From Oculina patagonica (taxonomy: Eukaryota): a stretch of DNA of 64,000 nt. The notes under the pieces were generated by a model. That model had not been told where the DNA came from. It made no database searches and saw only the letters and a list, made by a program, of their open reading frames with translations. Both the position numbers and the translations under genes were made by a program. Location: the NCBI RefSeq assembly GCF_052425735.1, contig NC_135761.1:8556001-8620000 (forward strand), written 5' to 3'. This document shows, in pieces, positions 38,201-48,624 of this stretch (its first letter is position 1; each line of letters opens with the position of its first letter).

Positions 38201-39349
38201 TTCTCTATCTTTTTAGAATTTTCGGACAAAAAGGTTAAAATCGAATTTTTTTTTATAACGCCAAAATGACCCTTTGGGTGAACTATTTTTGAAAATATTA
38301 TGTAAAACTTCCAGCGAGTTTTATTTTTTGAGAAAACGAGGAAAGTTTGTAATTCGAGCTCATGCTGTCTGAACGCCAAGGAAAACTAATTAATTGACAG
38401 CAATTTCGTGGCATTTTAGATGCGCTCGTTCTCAACTTCAGAAACTTGCCTTGAGTTCATTTTTACATGAGTATTTAACCATCCCTAGGTCTTCCTTTTA
38501 AACAGAAAATCTTCCTGAAATATGTAATTGTTGACACATTTTTACCGCGTTAAAAATTCTATCGATCGCAATTTAATTTACATACCGAATTTGACCTAAC
38601 TTTAGAGGGCTAGAACACCAAGGGTATACGCTTCTATAGGTAAAACATGGGTTCTTCGGAAAGCCCTATTCTTCCCTCTTATCATATCCAAAGCGTTAGT
38701 TTGGCCCGTAAAAAGTGAGTGCGCTAGCACGAAAAATATACAGGCAATTTTGACATGTTTCCGCCATAATTTCCATTCTGCAGTCAAACGGGTAATGTCG
38801 AACTTAATTGTTAAAACGAATTAAATTTGGTCTTATGCTTCGCCGTTATCAGTTTCAATGAGTTTAATTTTTTGCAACAAAACTACAATATCTCAATTAT
38901 TAACAGAAAGGAACAGTTTTAATAAAAATAAATAAATAAAGCAACAAACAAGACATGCTCACCTTCATTGTGCCGCCGTTAATTTATGCGAGGGAAGATA
39001 ATTGTCGCTGTATGTTGTTTTCATTTCCACTGAAGCGTTTCCTTCCACTTCCACAGTTTTTAAATATAAGAATACCCTTTTTACGCATATACATCTCAAT
39101 TTAGACGACATTCCTGACATTTAGCAAGAAATCTTATCCACCAAAACGGCAAATTCGTGCTATGTGCTGTTTGACTTTACTCGTCACGCAAGAGAATTTA
39201 TTGATATCATATTTCCAACACAAGTTGACGTGACGTAGGGACGGACCATTGAAATATCCGGTGGGGTGTTGACTTTTTCCAAAAAAAACTGTTTCAAGAA
39301 AAAAGGGATGTGACATAGTGCATTGTTGAAAAAACAAAACGAGAACAAA

Positions 39350-39790
39350 ACAAAACTAGGTTCAATAACCATAAGCTTTCCTTCAAACATCGCAAGCATT
39401 CACACGACACTGTACTATCAAAGTACATTTGGGACCTGAAAGACAACAACACCGAATTTTCGATCAAGTGGTCCATTGTCACGAGAGCAAGCGCTTACAG
39501 GGGAAACCCGTCACGCTGCAATTTGTGTCTGACGGAGAAGCTCTGCATACTATCAGCTGACAGATCCACCCTCTTGAACAAAAGATCTGAGCTTGTTAGC
39601 AAGTGCAGGCACGAAAACAAGTACTACGCGGCCAATCAGAGACAGGATCGTTCCAACCGTCCTCCATGAACGTAGTTTAAATTGTATTTCACCGCATCTA
39701 ACGGTACAGTCTGATGATCGCTTCGTGCGTGAAACTCTGAGTAACTGTCCGTGAAGTTTCTATCTTTAATTATTGTATGTGTAAAAATAA
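39350..39790 (+). mobile_element. 5'-truncated Penelope-like retroelement (C-terminal GIY-YIG region plus pLTR/3' segment)
   Basis: Manual translation KTRFNNHKLSFKHRKHSHDTVLSKYIWDLKD...WSIVTRASAY...RCNLCLTEKLCIL...LLNKRSELVSKCRHENK, the typical end of a PLE ORF; missed by the ORF track (no start codon). Confidence 0.85.
39701..39752 (+). ncRNA. Minimal type I hammerhead ribozyme (Penelope-associated)
   Basis: Stem I ACGG(T)ACAGT / ACTGTCCGT; core CTGATGA (39711-17); stem II CGC-TTCGT-GCG; GAAA (39731-34); palindromic stem III ACTC-T-GAGT; GUA cleavage triplet at 39741-43. Confidence 0.85.
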
Positions 39791-40037
39791 ATAGAAAAGA
39801 AAGAGTTTTGGGTTGTTCTGATAGACAGGGAGAATGAATAAATTTTTCCGCTACTTCGCCTGCAGAAGACCCTCGCAACTTTTTCCGCTCGCCTTTATTC
39901 TCGTTAATCGCATTTTTTCGTGCTACTCCCAAAGTGTTCACCAGGGTTCTAGGTCAGCTACAAGCAAAAGAAATTAGCAATGGTCGCCCGGTTTACGTTT
40001 GGCGGATAAAATTTCAGCCGCCGCATGGTTTAAATTA

Positions 40038-40730
40038 CCGTATTTTCTCGATTAAACGCCGGACCTCGATTAAACGCCGGCCTCGTATAAAAGCCGGGTC
40101 AAAATTGCTTATTTTTTAATAAACGCCGGGGGCGTTCGTTCGTTGCTATGAATGGAACTAGTTCGGTATGCTACTTTGGAATTTTCAATGAACGCTGGCG
40201 TAACATAGCTAGGATGGACGTTGTACAACAAAATATAACCTTATTCACCTAGTTTTCGCATTCCCGTCTTTCTTACTGACGCATTTTCGTTCTTGTGTTA
40301 GTGCTTACAGGCGTTGAAATCACGAGAAACCCTCAGTTCGAGGCGTTTATGAACTTAAAACTTTGTATCCATAACCTTTACTTCATGCTCTTTTGTGTAG
40401 TTAAAATACCGTTTATGTTCCTTTTGTCATAAATCATGGTCGCAACATAAACGTGTTCAATCCGCAATAATGTACCTTTGAGAAACTGTAAAACTTAGAT
40501 GGCCAGGGAAAGTTTTTCGGGGCAAAACGAAGAGCAAAATCGCCTTGCTTTGTAAAACTGCCCCTTGGTCTCGGAGATCGACAAAAACAAATCAATCTGA
40601 AAATTTGACAGAAATTTGCCTTCCGTTAATAAACGCTCGGCCCGGATTAAACCCCGGCTTCAAATAAACGCCGGGTCCACCAATCCAAGTTCGAAATAAT
40701 CGCCGGGAGTGCTTAATTGAGAAAATACGG
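40038..40730. mobile_element. Tc1/mariner(pogo)-type MITE nested in the foldback element
   Basis: TA|CCGTATTTTCTCGATTAA...TTAATTGAGAAAATACGG|TA; TAAACGCCGG subterminal repeats. Confidence 0.8.
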
Positions 40731-41000
40731 TAATAAAAAAATAGGGAACATCATGATCTGACATACAAATACGAGTTGTAACCACCCTAAATTAATGTTT
40801 TTAATGTGTACGGATACTGGATCTTTCCATAATATTCGGACAAAATTTCTTCAGACCTGTAAGAAGTATAGTTGACGTCTATTAGTGTCACACATAAATA
40901 GATCAAAATACACTGTTTTTATTTATAAGAATCTAGTTAATAAGAATATCAAGGCTGAAATTTGCGAATTTTTAAAAATATTTTAAGAATAAATCTGAGA

Positions 41001-41032
<32 letters not shown>

Positions 41033-41159
41033 GAAATTTGTAAATAGAATAGAACGGACCGTCTCTAAACGGCAAAACCTTTTACTATCCAATAACACGA
41101 TAAAAATTTGCACTAGCCAAAATGTTCGATGCCCACGATAGTTCGATGAACAGTACATG

Positions 41160-41920
41160 CAGTGCCGTAGCAAGTGGAGGGCCGGCCAGGGGGGCGTGTC
41201 CCCCAGTTTTTTTTCCCGAAAAGTAAAAACAGACCTGTATAAAATGTTGAAAAATAAAATTTTATCTCCCGAGATGTTTGAAACAATAACATTTGTACTT
41301 CTTCTCATTTTTTTAACGTACATACGTGCTAATTAAAAGTTCTAAGGCAACTCAGACAGTTTTTAAATAACTACAAACTTACCATGATAGACTACGAGCA
41401 GTCCCTATTTTTTCGCAGAGTCCGTCGAGCTTATAGCGAAAAAATTACGCTTCTCGCCTTGCCCCGCCTCCTCCCCCCACGCGTAATTTTTTTCGCTTTT
41501 TTCGCTATAAGCTCGACGAACTCTTCGAAAAAAAATTCGCTTCAAGCTCGACGGACTCTGCGAAAAAATAGGGACTGCTCGTAGTCTATTACCATGATGA
41601 CTCTAAAAGGTGAAACATTTGCTGGTTTCATGATACAGAGACAGTCGGTTTTCTATTTTGTAATTGACGTTAATAGTATTATGCTCTCTTCAATGTGCAT
41701 TGGTTTGCTAAGACAGTGTAGGAAGTAAAGAATTCGAAATATGCGTAAATCACAAATAGCTCTTGAAAAACGCTGGAAATAGCATTTCCAAGCCTCTGGA
41801 TTTCAAAATTTTCTGCAGGGGAGGGGGGGGGGGGGGGGTATGCCCCCAGAACCGCTAGCAGCTCGCGCCTCCGGCGCTCACGTGCCCCTCCTCCCTTATT
41901 TTACCTTTGCTACGGCACTG
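41160..41920. mobile_element. Non-autonomous TIR element (CAG...CTG, 5-bp TSD) nested in the foldback element
   Basis: Perfect TIR CAGTGCCGTAGCAA...TTGCTACGGCACTG; ACATG on both sides. Confidence 0.78.
41388..41588. mobile_element. TAG...CTA palindromic MITE with 9-bp TSD (AcademH-like, tentative), 201 bp
   Basis: TAGACTACGAGCAGTCCCTATTTT...AAAATAGGGACTGCTCGTAGTCTA; TSD TTACCATGA at 41379-87 and 41589-97. Confidence 0.85.
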
Positions 41921-42162
41921 ACATGATCAATAGATACCCATTGAGTACTAAACGGAAATGTTAAACGATATAAACGAGTATAAGAATGTTCATAAGAATA
42001 TTTTCATTCTAAATTCAGCAGAAAACCTGAGTCGGAAAAACAACAGATTTATCTAATGGGCGTACAATTAAATATAGACAACTGAAAGCAAGGCTGATCG
42101 TATATTACGTGAAAGGTTGACTTGGCGAGACACCACCGCGACTAGAACCGATACAGAAGATT

Positions 42163-42212
42163 GCAACCGCAGACAGCTTTCTCGTTCTTATTGGGACTCA
42201 ATGCGGTGTAGC
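42163..42212 (-). ncRNA. Decayed hammerhead ribozyme in a probable Penelope-type repeat remnant
   Basis: Minus strand ACCGCA-TTGA-GTCCCAATAAGAAC-GAGA-AAGCT-GTC-TGCGGT: stem I (ACCGCA/TGCGGT) and GUC site are intact; CUGAnGA is reduced to UUGA and GAAA reads GAGA. Confidence 0.5.
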
Positions 42213-44308
42213 AAATCTAAATGACACCAGCTCGAAGAGCCAACGCAAATATATTGCCCAATAACCCGTACACTGTATCAAGTTCCGTACTTTGCTGGAG
42301 GAGGGTGGGGGCAAACATTTTTGACCTACTTGTCTGGAGGATTTTATTCTAGGGCCGGGAACAAGCATTGCAGCGACATTTGGGGGCTCCTGGGACCGTT
42401 TAGTTTGCCGATGGGGTTAAAGGGGAGGGATTTGATTATGCCTGTTAAATATATTGTCCCTTTCTTTATCAGAACGTCTTCCCCTGTTCCCCCACAAAAT
42501 CCAAATGTTTAATACGATCCCTCCACCCCCCCCCCCCCCCCCCAAAAAAAAAAAAAATAAATAAAACTCCTCCTTTAAAAGATGACAACTACTTCTCGTT
42601 TTGGTTCTTTCATTACCTTATTTTTTTTTAACTATGCACTATGTCGCATCCCTTTTTTCTTGAAACAGTTTTTTTGGAAAAAGTCAACACCCCATCGGAA
42701 TATTTCAATGGTCCGTCCCTACGTCACGTCAACTTGTGTTGGAAATATGATATCAATAAATTCCCTTGCGTGACGAGTATAGTCAAACAGCACGTAGCAC
42801 GAATTTGCCGTTTTGGTGGATAAGATTCTTGCTAAATGTCAGGAATGTCGTCTAAATTGAGATGTATATGCGTAAAAAGGGTATTCTTATATTTAAAACT
42901 GAGAAGTGGAAGGAAACGCTTCAGTGGAAATGAAAACAACATACAGCGACAATTCTCTTCCCTCGCATAAATTAACGGCGGCACAATTGCAAGGTGAGCA
43001 TGTCTTGTTTGTTGCTTTATTTATTTTTTTTTATTAAAACTGTTCCTTTCTGTTAAAAATTGAGATATTGTAGTTTTGTTGCAAAAAATTAAACTCATTG
43101 AAACTGATAACGGCGAAGCATAAGACCAAATTTAATTCGTTTTAACAATTAAGTTCGACATTACCCGGTTGACTGCAGAATGGAAATTATGGCGGAAACA
43201 TGTCAAAATTGCCTGTATATTTTTCGTGCTAGCGCACTCACTCTTTACGGGCCAAACTAACGCTTTGGATATGATAAGAGGGAAGAATAGGGCTTTCCGA
43301 AGAACCCATGTTTTACCTATAGAAGCGTATACCCTTGGTGTTCTAGCCCTCTGAAGTTAGGTCAAATTCGGTATGTAAATTAAATTGCGATCGATAGAAT
43401 TTTTAACGCGGTAAAAATGTGTCAACAATTACATATTTCAGGAAGATTTTCTGTTTAAAAGGAAGACCTAGGGATGGTTAAATACTCATGTAAAAATGAA
43501 CTCAAGGCAAGTTTCTGAAGTTGAGAACGAGCGCATCTAAAATGCCACGAAATTGCTGTCAATTAATTAGTTTTCCTTGGCGTTCAGACAGCATGAGCTC
43601 GAATTACAAACTTTCCTCGTTTTCTCAAAAAATAAAACTCGCTGGAAGTTTTACATAACATTTTCAAAAATAGTTCACCCAAAGCGTCTTTTTGGCGTAA
43701 TAAAAAAAAAATTCAATTTTAACCTTTTTGTCCGAAAATTCTAAAAAGATAGAGAATTCCGCTCTTAAGTGTAGAAAATCGGCTGTGACCCTTCTTTATG
43801 TATACGGCTTGTTTCTTATTTTTTACGTTCCATTTTTTGTGACGATGGTCGTGGAGACATTCACTGGATACACATTAACGGTAAAAATTGCCTATGACTA
43901 CGTGACAACTGTTGTTTATATTAACTCCTTCCTGAATCCACTCGTGTACTGCTGGAGAATAAAGGAGATAAGGCAAGCCATTAAGAATACGTTGAGAAAA
44001 AACTGATTGGGAATCTCAGGACACATACAGTTCGCATAGATGCTTTAAAGGCTGAATCAGCCTGAATTGTACTGACTTTTTAATTTTCTGCTTTAAGGTA
44101 TATTATTCATGTTTTTAGTAGGGTTCGAAAACGAAAAGTCAAGGAACATTCAGCTCCTCAATGATCCATTTCGTCTAACCATACAGGACATGATTAAATT
44201 GTACATGTAGCAAGCCGAATGTCTTTGGCTTTTAACATTTGCTTCTGTTTGTGTCTTACGTTTCAAACGGAATGGTGTAAAATCGAACTAATGAATTATT
44301 GAAATTTT

Positions 44309-44415
44309 TACGTAACAACTGTTGCTTTTATAAACTCCCTTTTTGAATCAATTTGTGTATTGCTGGATTATATTGGAGAAATACGACGAGCTGTTAAGAA
44401 TACACTAATGAAAAA
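44309..44415 (+). pseudogene. Decayed GPCR C-terminal relic (TM7-helix 8)
   Basis: TACGTAACAACTGTTGCTTTTATAAACTCC...TTTGTGTATTGCTGGA...ATTGGAGAAATACGACGAGCTGTTAAGAATACACT, with indels. Confidence 0.82.
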
Positions 44416-44829
44416 TTTAAGTTACAATACTGATTTCTATGTAGGCCGGCCATGCTAAAATAAGCCATCAAAGTATTAAGAACGTAATAAAGTTAAAACA
44501 ATATATATTAAAATAGAAAAACTGACATAGTTGATAAATTAAAAATCCTTAAAAGAACGATATAATGTTAAGAATGCTATTGATTATCAGTTAAAAATAA
44601 CTGCACCTTTACATTAAAGCGCACGATTAGAAGTTTACAGCTTAATTGTGTCAATAAAACCTCAGTTTTTCTAAACTTAGGTGTCAACCAGCAATAAAGG
44701 ATCGAAAAGAATTGCCTAATTACTATACGTAAACAGTTATAGCATATAAGCACTGCAGAGCACTTACAGATATAAAGATTCTAATATTTAGGCAAGCTTC
44801 CTAAACTAGGGAAGGTTGACAAGTGGCAA

Positions 44830-45378
44830 TTCAATATGATTCCTGTTCAACGAGACTGATTTGAAGGAGAATAATCACAGAACTTAGAACAGGTGCTCAT
44901 TAATTACCTCCAGGAGATTTTCCAGTTTTAATTTTTTTTTTTTGATGTAAGTACAGATATTTTCGGAAGGTAATTTGACATCTGCAACATCCATTCACAA
45001 TTTAAACATGGCCACAGGATATCTAAACAGGCTATCATTAAAATTGATCATCTTGTTTTATTTTTTTATTTTTTTATTTTTTATGTTTCCTTCCCTCAGT
45101 AAAGATAAATTTCAATATGATGCCTGTTTAACGAAACTGATTTGACGGAGAATAATCACAATACTAAGAGCACGTGGCCATCAAAATATCTCAGGAGATT
45201 TTCCAGTTTTCATTTTTTTTATGATGTAAGTACAGATATTTTCGGAAGGTAATTTGACATCTGCAACATCCATTCACAAGTTAAACAAGGCCACCGAATA
45301 TCCCACTAGCCTGTCATTAAAATCAGTCATCTTGTTTTGATTTTTGCTTTATGTTTATGTTTCGTTTCTCAGTGAAGA
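44830..45378. repeat. Two-copy tandem duplication, unit about 280 bp
   Basis: TTCAATATGAT.CCTGTT.AACGA.ACTGATTTGA.GGAGAATAATCACA at 44830 and 45111; shared ATGTAAGTACAGATATTTTCGGAAGGTAATTTGACATCTGCAAC. Confidence 0.85.
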
Positions 45379-45660
45379 TATTGCCTATTCTGCCTTACTG
45401 TTCTTAAGGTAAACAGTATCTGTTTCATAACCGAAACTCATAAATATCTATACTGAGACCTCGGCTGAGAAGACAATACGATAATTTTGAAATCGATATA
45501 AGTAATCTTCTTTTTCTTTGACTACCCGGACTGTTTTAAATTATTTGTAAAGAAACACTCTTTGTATATCTTGAACTTAGGCATAGACGAGAAAATTTTA
45601 TTTACGTTTGGGGATACAAAAATATTTTAACACTTTTCAAATACCTTTTTTATATTGAGT

Positions 45661-46078
45661 CCGGGGGGGGGGGGGCACTCCCTATAATGGCCTATACGGG
45701 GAGGCTCCGCCCGAAAGGGGTACCTTTTTCACGCTTCAGGTATATAAAAGGGTAGGAATTTCACAAGTTCAGGTATGTGAAAGGGTAGGGAAATCTGTCA
45801 TTTAGGTATTTAAAGGGGCCTTAAACAAAAATATTTCGAACAGACGTACCTTATGGCTGTATCATTTTAATTTATTAAACGCTACATAAAAATGAGAATA
45901 AGACTTCCTGTTTTAGGTATATGTCATGTCATTTAGGTATGTGAAAGAGGTACCTTTTTTCAATAAAAGGTATACGAAAGGGGTGCCTTTTCTGTCAAAA
46001 TAGTATATAAAAGGGTAAGGGGTTGGACCTCGGGGCGGAGCCTCCCCGTATCAAACCTTTTCAAGTAGCCCCCCCGGG
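45661..46078. mobile_element. MITE with CCGGGG...CCCCGGG ends and 8-bp TSD
   Basis: TATTGAGT at 45653-60 and 46079-86; inner inverted TACGGGGAGGCTCCGCCC / GGGCGGAGCCTCCCCGTA; AAAGGGTA repeats; absent from the paralogous flank near 47955. Confidence 0.8.
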
Positions 46079-46502
46079 TATTGAGTCCCTGTTGCTCAGA
46101 TTTTTAGCATCTTCGAGTTTCATTGATCTTTCTATAACACCGGCATTAATTTTATTAGCAACACATCAAGAGCGTTTTTTTTTCTTGTTAAATCTGCAGC
46201 GTAATAAAATACCAATAATTATTTTGAAACATGAACATTTATGTGATGTGATTTGTCGATTCCCACCCCCTTGCCGTTTAAGTCATGGTTGAATTTGCGC
46301 AAATACTACCGACTTCCTTGATAACTCTCAAGAACTCAAAAGACACAAAATAATGGAAATCACGTAGTGTCGATAATTAGTCACTTAAATGAAGGAGATT
46401 TTAATTTGTTTATCGCCGCAGGTGTTGAGAGCAGATGTGCCACCCAAAATCAACATATAAGTTTAACAGCTAGAGCTGGTCGTAGCTTTGGTCGTCTTCG
46501 AC

Positions 46503-47405
46503 ATGAACAGAACCAAGGAAAATAATCTTAGCTGCTTCTTTATGAATGTTAATTTGGAAAAAACAGACAGTACTTTTCTTGCAAGTATTCTCACCTGTAT
46601 TCTCAATACAGTGTTTTCGTTTTTGACATCTACTGGAAATTTAATCATTCTTCATGTCATCAGGAAAAAACAAGAACTGCACTCGCCATCCTTCCTCCTG
46701 TTATTTAACCTTGCTGCTTCGGATCTCCTCGTTGGACTGATTTGCCAGCCATTTTACGTGGCGTATCAGATTGCCGAACTTCTAGACAACTTTGGAGCAT
46801 ATTGTGTCTTGAGAATGATTCAGAACATATCTAGTTCGATCACATCTAGCGTGTCTTTAGCAACTTTAAGTGTGATCTCTGTTGATCGACTTCTCGCTTT
46901 ACTTCTTCAATTACGATACAACACGATTGTCACCGTTCGCGGAATGTTTCAAACTGTTGTATTTCTCTGGACCTTTGTTACAACTGTCGTTATATCGAGA
47001 CTTTGGATAGCGGCGAACCGTTGGATTTTTGTTCCGGCGGTATTATTTCTTGTAACATCTCTTGTTATAACCCTGAGCGCCTTGAAAACATTTCAGATCG
47101 TTCGCAGACATCTGCGCCAGATTAGCCAGCAACAGCAGAGTGTTCAAATCAACACGGTGAACGTGCTTAAATGTAGGAAATCTGCTGTGACTGTACTTTA
47201 TGTCTACAGTTTGTTCCTGATTTGTTACGTTCCATTTTTTGTGGCCGTGGCCATGCAGACGTTCACTGGTACACATTAACGGTGAAAATCACCTATGACT
47301 ACGTAACAACTGCTGTTTATACTAACTCCTTCCTGAATCCACTCGTGTACTGCTGGAGAATAAAGGAGATTAAGCGAGCCATTAAATACGTTTAGAAGAA
47401 ACTGA
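46503..47405 (+). pseudogene. Frameshifted GPCR pseudogene
   Basis: Intact through TM6; ACTGGTACACA versus ACTGGATACACA in paralogs (1-nt deletion near 47270); TM7 continues out of frame; more indels near 47370-47400. Confidence 0.88.
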
Positions 47406-48161
47406 TTAGAAGGACCGGAAACCTCAGTGCACTTGATTATAGTTGCTTACTTTAAATCAAATATCTAAGATGCATTAACTTGAACTGTACTAATTTTTGT
47501 GCCAGTTTTTTTAATGTTAAGGAAGTGGACAAGGAATGACTGTTGTGTTTTATTGGGGTTTGACAACGAAAAGTCTGAAAGCAATTAAGCTCTTTGAAAA
47601 TCCATTGTCTATTTTTTTTCAAACCACACAGGACATGGTTAAATTGTCACACTCGAATGTCTTTAGCCTTTAGCATTTTCTTCTGTTCGCGTCTTTCTTT
47701 TCAAACGGAATGATGTAGAATCGAACTTCAATTTTATTTAATATTTACTTGCATAGATGGTAGATTTTGTGTGTTAGATTTTTTTAAACAGTCAGTATGT
47801 AATTTCAATAAATTGTAACTGAAATAAAGATCTTGAATTAAACTTGTTTGTCGACTACCTGGGTTTTTTAATTATATGTGAACAAACACTCTTTGTTTGT
47901 TAATTTGCAATCCTTGGGATATAAAAATTTCTTGCCTTTTTAAAAAATTCTTTTATGCCGAGTCGCTGCAGCTCAGTTTTCAAGCCACTACATATTTCAC
48001 TGATCATTGGGCAATTGACATATAAAAAAACGTTTCTTCTTGTTAAACCTGCAAGAAAAATATAATTACGTCCAGTAATTAATTTGAAACTTTCAGTTTA
48101 TTTTTTTTGTAAAATGATTGGTCAGTTCCAACCCCCTGTGTACTGTACATGCCATGTTTGA

Positions 48162-48397
48162 ATAGCGAAGCGCGCGTGTTCTAAAAATAGAATGCAAATG
48201 AACATAACCACCACGAGGCTCAGACAACATCAGCGTGTTCTGAGAGAAATAGAAGAAATCTAGGCGAAGTTTTCGTTTTATGAAAGAGTTTTAGGAACAC
48301 CGGCTGTGTTACGAAGTTTTTAAGGGAAATCGTCCGCCATTTCCGTTTGTTTGTCTGAGTCTTGTCTAGTCGTGACATCTCTCGCTCGCTTCGTTAT
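48162..48397. mobile_element. Short insertion with inverted ends (unclassified MITE)
   Basis: ATAGCGAAGCGCGCG...CGCTCGCTTCGTTAT; absent from the paralogous flank at about 46285-46300. Confidence 0.55.
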
Positions 48398-48624
48398 TTG
48401 TGCAACTGACTTCTTTGATACATCTCAAGAACTCTAAAATGATACTAAACAAAAAAGGAAATGGTGGAGTGTCAATAAGCAGGCACTAATTTGAAGGTGC
48501 TTTAATTCGTTTATCGCTGCAGGTGTTGAGCGCAGATGTGCCACGAAAAATTAACATATAAGTTAGACAGTTAGCATGTAAGTTAAACAGTTAGAGCTCG
48601 TCGAAATTTATTGTCGTCTTCGAC

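Larger units (their letters stand above)
38193..43764. mobile_element. 5572-bp non-autonomous foldback DNA transposon, TTAA TSD, ~1.15-kb TIRs (Kolobok-like GA termini)
   Basis: TTAA(38189-92)|GAGCGGAATTCTCTATC...GATAGAGAATTCCGCTC|TTAA(43765-68); arms about 38193-39345 and 42592-43764 are nearly identical in inverted orientation; no transposase ORF. Confidence 0.93.
37525..44006 (+). pseudogene. GPCR gene split by a 5.6-kb transposon (5' part 37525-38192, 3' part 43769-44006)
   Basis: The 5' ORF reads ...NTVNVLK then element sequence; the 3' part resumes CRKSAVT...[23 protein letters not shown]. Joined: 668+238 = 906 nt = 301 aa, with no other lesion seen. Confidence 0.92.

Noticed and set aside
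38602-43354. Identical 61-aa ORFs (MTAEWKLW...) on opposite strands, and similar mirrored ORFs at 39134/42641 and 51892/52829
   Set aside because: By-products of the long inverted arms; several use non-ATG starts and none has a recognisable domain.
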